The notes below the pieces were generated by a model. The model saw only the letters and a program-made list of their open reading frames with translations. It searched no databases and was not told the origin of the DNA. The position numbers were made by a program, and so were the translations under genes. DNA of 56,554 nt, the filler included, from Sphacelaria rigidula (Eukaryota), in NCBI GenBank assembly GCA_964200075.2. It is 5 parts of 5 records of this genome, joined end to end, with 100 filler letters (N's around TTAATTAATTAA, not from the genome) between each part and the next. Parts side by side here need not be neighbours in the genome. Positions count along the whole stretch, not along the records: positions 22,663 to 33,893 come from CAXNAA020005197.1; positions 33,994 to 45,224 come from CAXNAA020005198.1; 3 more parts are not named here. The stretch is one strand, 5' to 3'. This document shows positions 25,677 through 37,799 of the stretch, one piece after another. Position 1 is the stretch's first letter. Each line of letters opens with the position of its first letter.

Positions 25677-28271
25677 ATGCAGGCGGTAATAACAGCGTTG
25701 GCACAAACGACTGCTGTCAGAAGATGCCATTGTCAAGCTGCTGCTACCCTCCGACGTGTCATGGTTGACACCACGACGAGGGCGTTGAATAGCAGCGGTT
25801 GCGCTGCAGCGATGGGAAAGGGAGCCGGTGATTGGGAGGGAAGAACGCCTCCTTCTGGATCAGGCGGGGATGACCTACTTCGTGGTTTAAATGATGAGGA
25901 GGTGACCAGATGAGTAGCTGTGTTGTGTCGGGCGTGTTCTGCGGGTTCAGTTTGAAATGCGGAAAATCTTTGGTACAAAGTTCAAGAAGCCAACTGGCAG
26001 TTAGCAGCGGTCAGTATAGGCCAGGATCGCAATGCAGTCAGGAGAGCTTGAGTAAAGTATTGTAGCAAGAATGCCACACGCATTAGGCTGAAGTAGAGGT
26101 CGATTACACTTTATTTTTTCCAGTTTTCTGCAGCTTGACCCTGATGTGCACACTGTGCTGCACATCACATGGTACAACACTCTTTGTGAGTCAGTTCGCT
26201 GCGACCTACAAAAGGTTCTGTTTTCTGCTCTTCGAAACAACACTACACACCGCGAAAATCGCACGGAAGAGTTATCGATCGTGGGCTGTTGCTTGCCGCC
26301 GGTACTAACTCATCGACAGATCGCCTCGTACCCCGCATCACAGCACTGCATCTAGCGTGTGTTAACGCCGCTCATCCTCTCCCCGAGAATCGTAGTCCCC
26401 GGGCCGTCAAGTGAAAACGGTGGCCTAATCTAAAAAGCAAACCTTTTTAAAGAGGCGTTTTTCGTGACAGCTGTGGAACAAGGTAAGTACTGCAAGAGAA
26501 GCAAATATATGAGGTTGAATGCCGAGGGCGCACTCTCTTACTCACCAGCGGACTGGGTAAAGCATGCCGCCAGACATACCGCAACGACAGGCTTCGTCAC
26601 CTCGTATACGCATGTACCACCATAGACTCTTGAATCTAGTTTGTGGCCCGACGTGACCAGGAGACAGTAAGACGGGGAGCAGCTGTGCACCTACTCCGTG
26701 CTGAATTGGCAACGAAGTCAGCAATCCTCTGAACGTCCATCCTCCGCATTCGAATGTGTGATATTTCTACTCTCCTACGGGGCGGGGCGCAACTGCAAAA
26801 TAGGTCATGCGAGTTGGAATGCGAACACGAAAGATGTGGAAGGAGCATGTTGCGCTGACGACTGATTTCCCGGAAGCAAGCCTGCCGCCGGGAGAGGTAG
26901 GACGGGCGGCGGTGACCCCTGATGCCGTAAGGCGAAAGCGACTGGTGTACCGCAGCAAGCAGCGAGGCTGGCTCGAGGTATCCACTCAATCAATGCCAAC
27001 TTCCGTTATAGTCGTGTGATTTTCGCGGCCTAGATTTTTCTTGAAAGACAGCGACGTCCACGACGCCGAAATTGTGTTATGGCTGAGGTGTCGCGAGATC
27101 TTTCGATCAGGGAATCACTCGAGAGAGCACTTTCCTAGGTGTCAAGAGAATTAACAACAGTTTTTTTATTCTCAACGGCGAATTTTTCATCGTTTACCTG
27201 CGAGAATGTGTTGATGAGTGAAGTATCGAGTTTTGGAACGAGAAGAAAGGCTAGGGGTTGGCTGGAACTTTACCGTCAACTAAATGGGCGGTCATTGGAT
27301 GTTGTCGTGCTTGTATTTGTTTGTCGGCATCAAAACTTGGGGGAATGCACGTCACTGTTTGTGCCGGATCGCCGCTTCATCTTTCACGCTACAATGATCC
27401 CTCGTAACGATGCTCAAGACATGGCGGAATGCCAGGAAAACACGAAGTCGTCGATTCGTTCCCTCGAAGTCGGTCATGTCAACAGAAAAAAATGTACTTT
27501 GAGTACCGGGGGTTGAAAGATGGCATTTTATACCAAATGAGTAGACTGAGATATTAGCTCGACGACCGGCACGTGCGCAAGAAAACTGCACGCCGTGGTG
27601 ATCGAAGAACGATTTGGCCCTGCAGTACGGTCCGATTTCATTCAACAAAATGCAGTCGTGTCTCTCGGAGAAAACAGTTCGTTGTCCCAACGGTTTCCTC
27701 ATGCTGTGACTCGGCACGGCGGCGGATCCTCGTTCCTGAGCAACGGCTATGTTAACCTTCATGCTACCAGTTTCGTTACTAGCTATGGGGGAGTTACCGT
27801 ATGCGTTGAGCTGAATTTCAACGCCGCATAATCGGCGCAGTTTTTGTGCTGGCAAGGAGAATTGACGTCGAGGACCTTCAAGCAGTTGAGTCATCGGACG
27901 GTGACGTTCGCGCCAGAGGCGGCCACTACGTTCGTGTTTTAACGACAGTATCCTGTAGTCTTATACTGTCACTGGTATGTTTTCGTGAAACACTCTTCCT
28001 CGTCATTTGGTGATTCGTATCATGACCCCCGATTTCTTGCTGTACGAAAATCAGCTGTTGCTTGCTGTTCCATTTTTCCTTGTCGGCGAAGGTGGATTTG
28101 CTACTGGGAACGTGGGCGGAACAGAATGTCGCCACCCTGACGCTGGAAGAAATGGACAGATACGAAGATATTCTTAACCTGGAAACAGTCGATATTTTTA
28201 GCTACATCACCGGAAATGCTGAGCCCCCAGCCTTCATCGACAACGCCATGATGACCCGTCTCCAGGTCTGA
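25677..28271 (+). CDS. SDHAF2: Succinate dehydrogenase assembly factor 2 (Sdh5/SdhE family), mitochondrial; exons 25677-25901, 26471-26482 (probable microexon), 26804-26977, 28092-28271
   Basis: RRKRLVYRSKQRGWLE|VDLLLGTWA...YEDILNLETVDIFSYITG is the RGxxE.D signature; the N-terminus is R/A/T-rich like a transit peptide. The end is either GTC TGA at 28271 or a donor at 28266 to an exon I could not find. Confidence 0.92.
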
Positions 28272-30111
28272 AATAACGATACAGGAGTAGACGTCAAAAG
28301 GCGAAAAAATAGAAACGCTGAACTCGCTCAAGGGACAAAACGAACCTTGCGAATTGCGTGAAAAACTGAAGACGTGAAAAATAGACAAGGAGAAATTGAA
28401 ATGACGATGTGGATATGAAAGCTTGAAAATGAAGGGCGGGGTACTGTAGTAGCGCGCACCGCACTGGGTAGGAAGATCGGCCGCGAAGGCTGGGCTCCGC
28501 ACTATGGTTGCAGCATCCCACACAATGAATGCGCGATCCGCGTGTCGGTTGCTGCGTATGTTCGGATGATCTCGTCCTCAGTGACCTATTTTGACAACGC
28601 ACACGAACGCGCAGACGGTCGGGACTTTGCTTCTCCAGCCACCCAGTAGAAACGTCATCAGCTGATCGCTCTCCCACACTGTACTGGAGTCATCGTGTGT
28701 GTTACCGCCTGATACGCCCATTGTCAAATCGGTGCCATAATCATTTGATGAATGAATGCCAGGCATAGGTGTCCGTGTGTGGGCCCTCAAAGAGTTGACA
28801 CATATCGTGCTTGTTGCTTGCGTTGCATTGGGTCGTCCCTTACGTTACGTCTCTGTCTGCCGCGGCGCACTTGTGTCACAAGGCTTACGTGAAGTCCAAT
28901 CCGTTGGGACAGGGCCCCGACAACTACGCGTCCGCCAAGCGACACAACAACCTGACCTGAGTGCGGATCGGAGCAGCGTCCGCGAATGTCGGCACATGAC
29001 GAGCGGTCCCAGCAGAAAACGTCGCAGCGAAGTCATTTCTAACTCTTCACGACTCACCCTTACGACCGTACTTGGTCGTTTTGTTATTGGGCGAGCGAGG
29101 GTGCACTCAGTACCTTGCATACCGTAGGAATAAGACAATTGACTTTGCATCCCTACAAAGTCGAGGTGGAGCACGCCGGGGTCCGGGGGGGGGGGGGCTA
29201 GTGGGTTGTTAACATGACGGGCAAAACATTGAGGCGAAGAGCCAGCCACGGTTGAACCCTGCTTTTTTGTTGTTGGCTTTTTGCGTACATTCGCTCGTAA
29301 CATTTGTCTTTGGGTGCTTTCACGCGCCGAACACGGTCATTGCGAGCGCTGCAGGGAGCGGGGGCCAAGCGCGAAGCGGACGGTGCACATTTGTCGGGGG
29401 TCAAGTCGATTGGACTCGAAAATGACTCGGAACACCACCGATGTGTTGTATCGTAAGGATGGGCGTGTACGATCGCTTGGCGTGCCATACGGCTCTTGAA
29501 TCACGGACTGGTCGCGCTGTGTTGTTGTCCTTCGAATTAAGCTCACAATAGGTGCAGTGATGCCGACCCCCATCGCGCGCTTCGAAGAGTTGTGAAGAAT
29601 CTCCATATGATCAGCGCTGCATGTGGCTTCTTCAATCGTTCATGCGCCTACATGGGGGTACAGAGACGGTTGTGAATTTTTCACTTTTTCCGCCCGCTCC
29701 AAGGCATTTGAGGAGAGAGCCTGCCTTGCACGTGGACAGTAGAGCATTGTTTTGAGCGCGCGCGGTACAGACGGGTCGGAGAGAGAAGACTGCGTCGCAT
29801 AAATACTTTTTCCGTTGAGTTTATGCTGTTCGTGTCGACATCTCGGTCTAGAGTGATGGTGGTCTGCATACTAACCAGGCACAGCGAAATTCAGCTTTGT
29901 TCACGTAGCAAACTCGAGGTGTGAACGTTTGTCAAGGACACTTTTATGACCAACGAAACACGAAAGTTACCACACGACTTTGAAAATGTGAATAACTTTC
30001 GGGAGGTCTGCCGAATGACACGCACCTTCCTCGGGGTTCAGAGCACGATCTAGTCGTCTTTCACGTGGTCGCGCCTGAAGAGAAGACAGCAGCGTCGACG
30101 ATGCGTTCATA

Positions 30112-30391
30112 CGGAGCGGTAATGCTACGGTAGGGGTTGCACTTTTTCGGCGACAAGGTTTCTCGGGGCTGCTCCGCGTGTTGAACGGATCATTTTGTGC
30201 ATCGGCATCATTTGTACTCGAAAGAGACTGAAAATGATGCCTATGCACGAATAGGCCCCTGCGTGCAAACACCATGTTCTGGGAGTCCGGTCCCCGAAGA
30301 TGAGGGCTGCACAGAAATCCCTGTATATGGGTGCTGCTACAAAAAGAGGCCCGAAAACAAAAAGTGCAACCCCCACCGTAGCATTGCTCCG
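30112..30391. mobile_element. Divergent relative of the Sola2-like MITE
   Basis: AATGCTACGGTAGGGGTTGCACTTTTT and AAAAAGTGCAACCCCCACCGTAGCATTGCTC termini; no clear TSD. Confidence 0.6.
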
Positions 30392-33300
30392 CTATTCGCT
30401 CAACACCTTGGATCGCCAGGGTTGTTCTCGGAACATGCCTGATATTTCATCAACCCCTCGGTGGCCAGGATGGATAATTGTCGAGTCGGTACCGCAACAC
30501 TTGAAAAATGAATAGACACTTTCTATGATAGCCCCTCCCCCCCACCCACCCAAAAAAAAGCAGCTGGTTCGGGGAGGCAAATCTACATGTAAATCGAAAT
30601 GAAGAAAGCCAAGCACATCGAGCAGCTGGGAGTTCCCACGCTTGGGTTCGTTTTCACCAACGTCGCCCGTATTAGGTGCTTCATGCAGCCTGAAATCAAA
30701 TATCAGACGCTGTATGACCATTTTCTTCGTGACCGTTTTGAGGGGTTCTTTTTTGGAGGGGGGGGGCTATCGTTCAAAGACTGTGGAGGGACCGGAAGAT
30801 ACACCTCGGCGATTGAAGGGTTGGCGCTAGTACTCCCGACTTCGTTGCTGCTGCTGCTGTCGCACAGTATTTTCTCTAAATATGATCGTCTTTTATTACC
30901 CCATTTCGGGGCAGCTACCCTGTGACAACGGAAGGCGTCCGCGTCAGATGCCCGGTACAAAGTACTGCGCAGATATCGGAATGGTTTTTGATGTTAAGAC
31001 AACAACAACGACAACAACATTCCTCGATCGGCCCACCTAGCCTTCACCTGTGACCTTTCATCTTCCAAGGGATTCATGAATCGAGTCGCCGTGTTTCACC
31101 TTGGATATATCATGCCAACACGTAACCTTCATGGGACATAGGTGATGCATGCTTGTGCTCACATGTGTCTTGACACGCTCCAACGTGAATATTCTTCGTG
31201 TTTATGCTACAATGGGGGGAGGGGGTTTGTTTCCATGAGAAAAAGGGCTCATGGGTATGTCAGACGATCCGGCACACTCGCGGTGCGCTTGTACTTGGGG
31301 GTGAAAACGGCGTCAGCAGAGTATGAACAAGCTTCACTAATCGGTTGTAGACGTGTCCGAGCAACGGTCGCTGCTTTTGACATGAATTTTGTGGAAGAAA
31401 TAGCCCAACATACCAACCCCCTCCATCTTAGCATGACTCCTTGTACATAGTTCATATTGTCGAATATTTGACAGCGACTTTGCGAACTGTGACATGTCGG
31501 GGATTTCTCCGATTATAGTTATTTCCCAGCAAAATGCCAAGGTGGGCCCTCACTTGACACTAAAAACGTATCGACTGTTGACACATCGTATGTAGCGCAG
31601 TATCAAAAACACCGGCGGGATGGCCGATGTTACACCTTGTTGGACCCCGCGAACTCATCAACCAGGGGTGTTACTGCATGGAAAGTGGTGTGTGACGTAC
31701 CCCGATAGTATCGTGGATACCGATGTAGTGCCTGAAATAGCTCAGAATCGATCACGCCTGCGCGTATTACTGAGAGGGGTGATGCTCAGCGTACGGGTTT
31801 TATACTCTTACATATCGGTAGTCACGAACTATAGAGCAGCTACCTGGCGTGATGCAAATAAAGCTGAAACAGAAAACTCACTACTATGACTACGTCAGCT
31901 AAAATTTTCATCACAAACGTCAAAATTGAATGCCTAAAAATGCAATAAAAACGCGTGCGACCCGCGTTCGGAAGGGACGAGGATAGTTTGGTCATAGCAT
32001 GCCTGCCCTGTGAAATCATCTCTGCCGTCCCCACGGCGGTCCGTACTCGACACGGACCAGATGTTCTTTCCTAGAAGCTATGCAAAATGTGTTCAACAAC
32101 TCACCTTGAAACAAAAATAACACACACCAACAGAAAACGAAGGCACGAAGATAACTCCCGAACACAGGGAAGACAGAGAACACCCAAACACAAGACGGGG
32201 AATAAACCATGCGGTAGACACGATCCAGATCAAGACACACCAAGAACAGAGATGGAATTGCGAAATTCCTTCAAAGAAAGTGGGGTAGAACGAACCCCAA
32301 GCAGCACCGAGTTCAACCGCCTCTTCGAAAGAGATTACGCTCGAAACAATAGACAGCATCGTCGAAAAGTGTACCGCGTACGGCATGACGGAATCTGATC
32401 TCTGTTGCAATAGACGACACAAGTCAATGTTGTACGCAATACTCTTTTTTTGGCAATGTAATCGATCTACCGTCCATGGTGTGAAAAAGACAGCCCAATG
32501 ATCGATTTCGAGTCCCACAAGGTACATCCATGTGAGTGCTCGCGCAAACGGAATTGCATGCCGACGTTTCGGTGTTGGCCTTACAGACCTAATGGTCAGC
32601 TCCAGACCCCAGCACCTTGCATACCGCACCGACAGTGTTTCCCACAGAAAAATATGTTGAAAAAAATCGTGTATATCCGTGGTATATGCATGTACAGTAT
32701 ATATATATATATATGAATGGAACTTTGGTGGGCCATGCATCCTCCTGCTTCAGCACTATCAATACGTCGCCTTGTATGCATATTTTGCCTCACATACGAA
32801 GGCTCCAGCAGTACGAACGCCAACTTCCCCGTAGTGCGTGGGGCAGGGAGGCAGGGGGGCAGGGAGGGGGAAGGGGCACAGAAGAAGCACAAACGTCTGA
32901 TATTTGACATGGTTGCTGATCTTAAAACAATAAAATCAAAAATCAAAGTACTGTCATCACGTACACAAACGAAAGACAAAACGGTCTCTCCGGAAATGAA
33001 AGGTGTGGTTTAAAAGTCTTCCCATCCATCCGGTGGGCTCGGGTCCAGCAGCTTCTTCGCGACCAGTTTCGGAGGAGTTTCCTTCGCTTTTTTCTCGCGG
33101 AGGGCTCTGCCATAGACAAAACACACACACACACGACGACAAAGAACAAAACACGAAGCGTTCCAGGCAAAAACATCAAAAATAAAGCAACAAAAATCCC
33201 AATATCACATCATTGTCGCTCATCTTGCACAACGCATCACTAATGCAAAGGGGCACCACTAGTACCCGGCAAAATCTGTCAAAACGCTCCAAAACAATCG

Positions 33301-33893
33301 CATGTCCAAGCGGTCACCTCGCAAAATCCAACATTGAAAGGAAAGGGCGCAGCAAACGATACCCTCTCCTTCCTTTGCAAGGCTACCAGTGGCCACTCGG
33401 CCTGGTTCAGCTTACACCGTAAGTTTCTCCGGTGCACCAGCTAGAAACACAGAACGGCGGTGAAAAATCGGGTGCACCATATACCTTTTAATGATCAAGC
33501 CGTTACATGAACAGTCTCCGGGGCATATTATGAGGGTTCGACTGTCGACAGTCCAGTACCGGATTTGAAAGTGGAGTCGATCGCTCGGAAACATGAGGAC
33601 AAGTTGAGGCGATGGTTCCCCCTCCCCCCCCCCAAACCCACCGCCCGCGAAGTGAAATAAAATGACAGCATCGCCGGGCGGCTGCGGAAGAGTGTTCATC
33701 CAATGCTCGACACAGATAACAAAGTGACACAAGACAAGCACGTGCATGCCGGGAGAGAGATAACTTTGTCCATCCCTTGAGACTGCGGACTCGCCTCGAG
33801 GAGAAGGACGAGGAGGGAGGGGAGGGGGGTGGATGGGTGGATGAGAGGGGGGGGGGGGGGGGGGGGGGGGAGCTCAACGAATCGGTCGTAGAG

Positions 33894-33993
33894 NNNNNNN
33901 NNNNNNNNNNNNNNNNNNNNNNNNNNNNNNNNNNNNNTTAATTAATTAANNNNNNNNNNNNNNNNNNNNNNNNNNNNNNNNNNNNNNNNNNNN
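33894..33993. other. Artificial contig linker
   Basis: N44-TTAATTAATTAA-N44. Confidence 0.99.
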
Positions 33994-34158
33994 GTCCGCG
34001 AGAACAGCCTGCCACACGCCAGTTGAGGGGGGTGTATGAAAGATCAAACACTTGTAGAGACTTTTTCCTTTGAGGCCCTAGGCCGAAAAGGGTTCTACTG
34101 GACCGAAATTCAAAAAGTGTCCGGTTGCCCGGTTGTCCTATCCTATCCTATCCTATCC
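33994..34158 (+). repeat. Probable 3' end of a LINE/SINE with a (TCCTA)n tail
   Basis: Ends in TCCTATCCTATCCTATCCTATCC; simple-repeat tails are typical of non-LTR elements. No coding evidence. Confidence 0.35.
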
Positions 34159-34909
34159 GTTCGCTCTCACAAGGAAGGCTAGAACCACGCATTTTTTTTC
34201 CCGGATGAATTCGAAGCCCCGCTGCGCGAAAAAACCATCCCATCGCTCTTCTGGCATCAATCGAGACGCCCTCCACAAGTTTCAGCTTCATTGGTGCTCA
34301 TGGCGTTGTGTTTGGCTTCTGTCTGTGAGCGGTCTCAAGAACAGCCCAACTCGACCCCTTTTGACCAGCGCTGGTCTTGATTCATCTTCTCAGACTTGAC
34401 TGTCGCAACTTCAAACGAGGCACTTTTGGAGTCTGGAGGCATCACACGCAGAAACCGGCTCTCCGAATCACTCTAAAACCCCTCAAGAAGGTTCAGCTTC
34501 ATCGCTGCTTTCTTCTTTGTCTTTGCTTGTGCATGCCGACGTCATCCGTGGCTGAGATGGGAGGGGGTGTTAAAGTACGTGATCTGATTGATTCGAACTA
34601 CTCCCCGTGTGTCGACTGTCGACAAACGGTGAACGTACGGGCGCTTCTGGTCGCAACATCCGCGCGCGGCGGAGACGTATCTCGGCTTCCACGGTGACGA
34701 ATGGAGATTGTAGAGGTGCGACCTTGCACTGCTGAACTGTCTGTGCTTGCAGAGCTGCGCTTCGCACGAGGTTTGACAAGCGGATAAGAAATGTTGACGC
34801 CGTATCCTGGTGCGATGGTAATTTTATGCTCCACTACAGTCTGTGTATGTTGTCGTCCCATCTATTCTGGGGGTTGGTTTCAAGGCACATATGTTCGAAC
34901 TTCGTGTGG

Positions 34910-35010
34910 TGTGTGTGTTGTCGTCCCATCTATTCTGGACGCCGGTCTACACATTTCGGTGTGTGTGGGCGCATCAGCCGGAGTCACACAGGAGGGAGGT
35001 CAAGACACAA
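34910..35010. repeat. Short interspersed repeat; second copy at 48563-48656
   Basis: ATTCTGGACGCC...CTACAC...GTCACACAGGAGG(G/A)AGGTCAA occurs on two different contigs. Confidence 0.7.
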
Positions 35011-35100
35011 GTGTTTCTTTTTTTGTTTGTTTATAGTACTCCACCTCCCTTCTGCGGTGCTTGCCTTTATTTTTTATCGCAAGAGGGGTTCAGCAAGGGC

Positions 35101-35581
35101 TCCTAGTGTATCTTCATGCCCACTCTTCTCGTCAGTTAGTATGGGATGAATCTGTGGGTGCACCAGCCGCGTGGGCTGGTGTGTCCACTTCCGCGTGTGG
35201 AGACGTAACCCGGGTGTTTTCTCCCTCGGTGTCAAAACACTTGGGTCTCTCTCACGTGGAAAGGAAGAGTTTGCAAGAAGATACATCATTATTCAGTGTC
35301 TGTGTCTGCATAACTGTGTTTGGGCGGGCGGGTGGTGTCTCAAATCGGTTCCTGCTTTCCGTGCTGTTTCTCGGTGATCAGGGATCGATGACCAATAAAT
35401 AGCTGGTTACATGTGGGGCTCATATATCACTCTTACTTGACAGTCCCGTGTCATAACGCCTGCGGCTATATGTAGAACTCCCTGTCAAATGATCCTGGTG
35501 TATTTTAATGCCCACTCTTCTCGTCAATTAGTATGGGATGAATCTGTGGGTGCACCATCCGCGGCTGGTGTATCCCCTCCG
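35101..35581 (-). repeat. 3' terminal split direct repeats B1-A2-B2
   Basis: ATGCCCACTCTTCTCGTCA(G/A)TTAGTATGGGATGAATCTGTGGGTGCACCA occurs twice; A2 matches 44098-44257 over ~160 bp. Confidence 0.93.
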
Positions 35582-35763
35582 TCTGTACTCGTCTGAGTTG
35601 ACCATACCGATTTGCGTTACTCTTGTTAGCTCAACCGTTTGGTGACTCAGTTCATCCCTTACTCTCTCGGGTACGGTCCTCGATGTTCTTATCGCACCTG
35701 CTGGTCTCTCTACGTGTACATGGATTGTTCCCCTAAGGCGGACCAAGACTTACTTTGTTCCTG

Positions 35764-37341
35764 TTATGGGAACTCGTCAATCTCTCGGCACTGAGCTTCT
35801 GAGACGCCTTCGATCATTCGTTTTCCGACTGTTCCGGGATCTACCACTTCCATCAATCTCATATATCTCCACGCCGTGCGTGGTCTTTTCCAGAAAGCCT
35901 TCTGCATTATCGTCTTCAAATCGTCACCTGCCGGGGCACGGGAAACGGCGCCTCCCTAGCGAAACGAATGCATAGAGAACGGGCACTTTATTCCAGCATC
36001 CTTTCCTCGTTGTCTGAGGGTCGCCGTCATCTGAGCGGCCGGCATCGGTGTCGAACCTCGTGTCGGGGTTGTTGTCGACGTGTCAATCTGGGGAAAGAGA
36101 TAGCCTTGGGTCATATTCCAACCCATTGATGTCCCTACCTTCACCCATTCCTCCGCTGCTCGGACAGGACATGTCGCGGGGTAGAGCTCATGGTACGGTA
36201 CAGTGAGAAGATGGTTTGCACCTCCTCGTAGTGTTTTCCCCCATTGGAAGTTGAACATAAAACCACTGTGGTTGGGGAGTCTGAGAATGCGTTGGATGAG
36301 GGTCCTTGAGAGCTCGTCGCCGCGCTTAGTGGTGCTAAATGCTACTGTGAACAGGGCGATGTCTCGGGCCAGGAGTACCTGCTCCTTAGCGTCTCTAGTA
36401 CATTGTAGAGCTGACCTAGATGGGGTGATCAATTCAAGGAGGTGGTTGTGTAGTAGAATCGGTGCTTGTTTTACTAGCACTCCTGCTTTCTTCTGTTCTT
36501 CCCTGGTGAACATCGTATATTGTGCCACGAGGTTGCTGCGGACTGGGTTTCCTATCCGTAGTGCATCGCTCCAGTCGGAGTTCGTTCCGAGCTCGTTCTC
36601 GAAGGCCATCGCTAGTTTCGACTTATAATTCGTCCGTAAGGAATCGTGTGCGTATCTATAGGTACATTCCCCTTGTTTCGTTGAGCAGTCGATGAGTCCG
36701 GGGGTACCTACTGCAGTGCAGTGTTTAGCATGTACTGGCGTACGTCCTTTCCCACATGAATCAAGTCAGCACAGAAAGGCTACAATGTCGGTCGGTTGCG
36801 CTGCTGTCCAATATTTGGGGCCGGACCCGGGTCGTGAAGCTAAGAATCTATGGAATAGTTCTGTTGTAGAATCTTGTCTCTTTGCTGAGGCTGACGCTGC
36901 CGTGGCTAGCGTAAACTGAATGTATCGTTTCTGTATAGCTTCCTCATCGATTTTTAATGTCGCCTCTTGCGTTACTCTCGTAGCTAGTATCGAACTCCTT
37001 ATGCCGCACAATTGACAATATTGAAAGTCTTCGTCGTTCTCCTCATGGCAGTCGGGGCATAGCACTCTTGCTCGCGAGGTGGAGACTCGAGTCATACTCG
37101 CGCTGTGGCTGGGCGGGTTGCGCTTGTGGATTAGGTGGGCGAGCATCGTTGTTATCCGTACTAGTAACGGTTGCACCAAAGCGAGGAGCATTTGGAGCGC
37201 CTGGATGTGTTGGAATGGTCGCGCGATAAGAGCATTCGTCAGGTGGTTCTCGGATGCTTCTCGTGTGGTAATTGTCGTCTTAGAGGGCAGAGCATATCTT
37301 GTGAAACTTTGCAATGAAGGGTCATGCCGAATATCATTCAT
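35764..37341 (-). pseudogene. Zinc ribbon + ALOG + tyrosine recombinase ORF, with in-frame stops at 36766 and 35956
   Basis: One frame: CPDC...CQLCG; FLC*LDSCGKGRTPVHAKHC...C...ECTYRYAHDSL...GNPVRSNLV...EEQKKAG; catalytic set KRGDEL (R), GKT (K), HSFR*GGA (HxxR), FWK (W), RYM (Y). The frame may read on to 35710. Confidence 0.92.
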
Positions 37342-37344
37342 TCA

Positions 37345-37790
37345 TCAGGCTTGGAAATCTACTTCAACTGCGTGCATGCCCCATTCATGAAATACGAACG
37401 TCACCCGTCCTCGTTGATGGTGGATACGAAAGAACTGCCTATTCTCCCCTTTTCTAAATACAAGCTTGGTACGTACGGCTGCTTCTGTGAGCATAGGGTA
37501 CCACGACGCCGGTCTCGCTGGAACCACTACCACCGCACGGGCGTGGCAATCTGCGATGTGCTGAAGCACTACTCCGACCATTACCGGGGGAGGGGGGAAC
37601 AAAACCCGAAGCATTGCTGCGTCCGACATGACGAGCGGCTAACGTCATAGCTAAGAACGTCTACCCCGTGTGATCCTGCTGTATGATATCTCGAGTAAAA
37701 AGGCAGAGCTGTTCCTCCACCCGGTGCATTCATTGGAATCTTTTGGGCTGATGCTGTGGATGCCATGAGGTCCATGTCGAACCCACCCCA
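37345..37790 (-). pseudogene. DIRS-type phage-like DNA N6-adenine methyltransferase domain, frameshifted near 37600
   Basis: FDMDLMAS...FYSRY...GVDVL, then LFPPP...VLQHI...AVVVVP...WYPML, directly after RNase H. Confidence 0.8.
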
Positions 37791-37799
37791 CTCGAACCA

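Noticed and set aside
27352-27894. 180-aa - strand ORF in an SDHAF2 intron as a possible transposase relic
   Set aside because: No defensible DDE motif, TIR or TSD.
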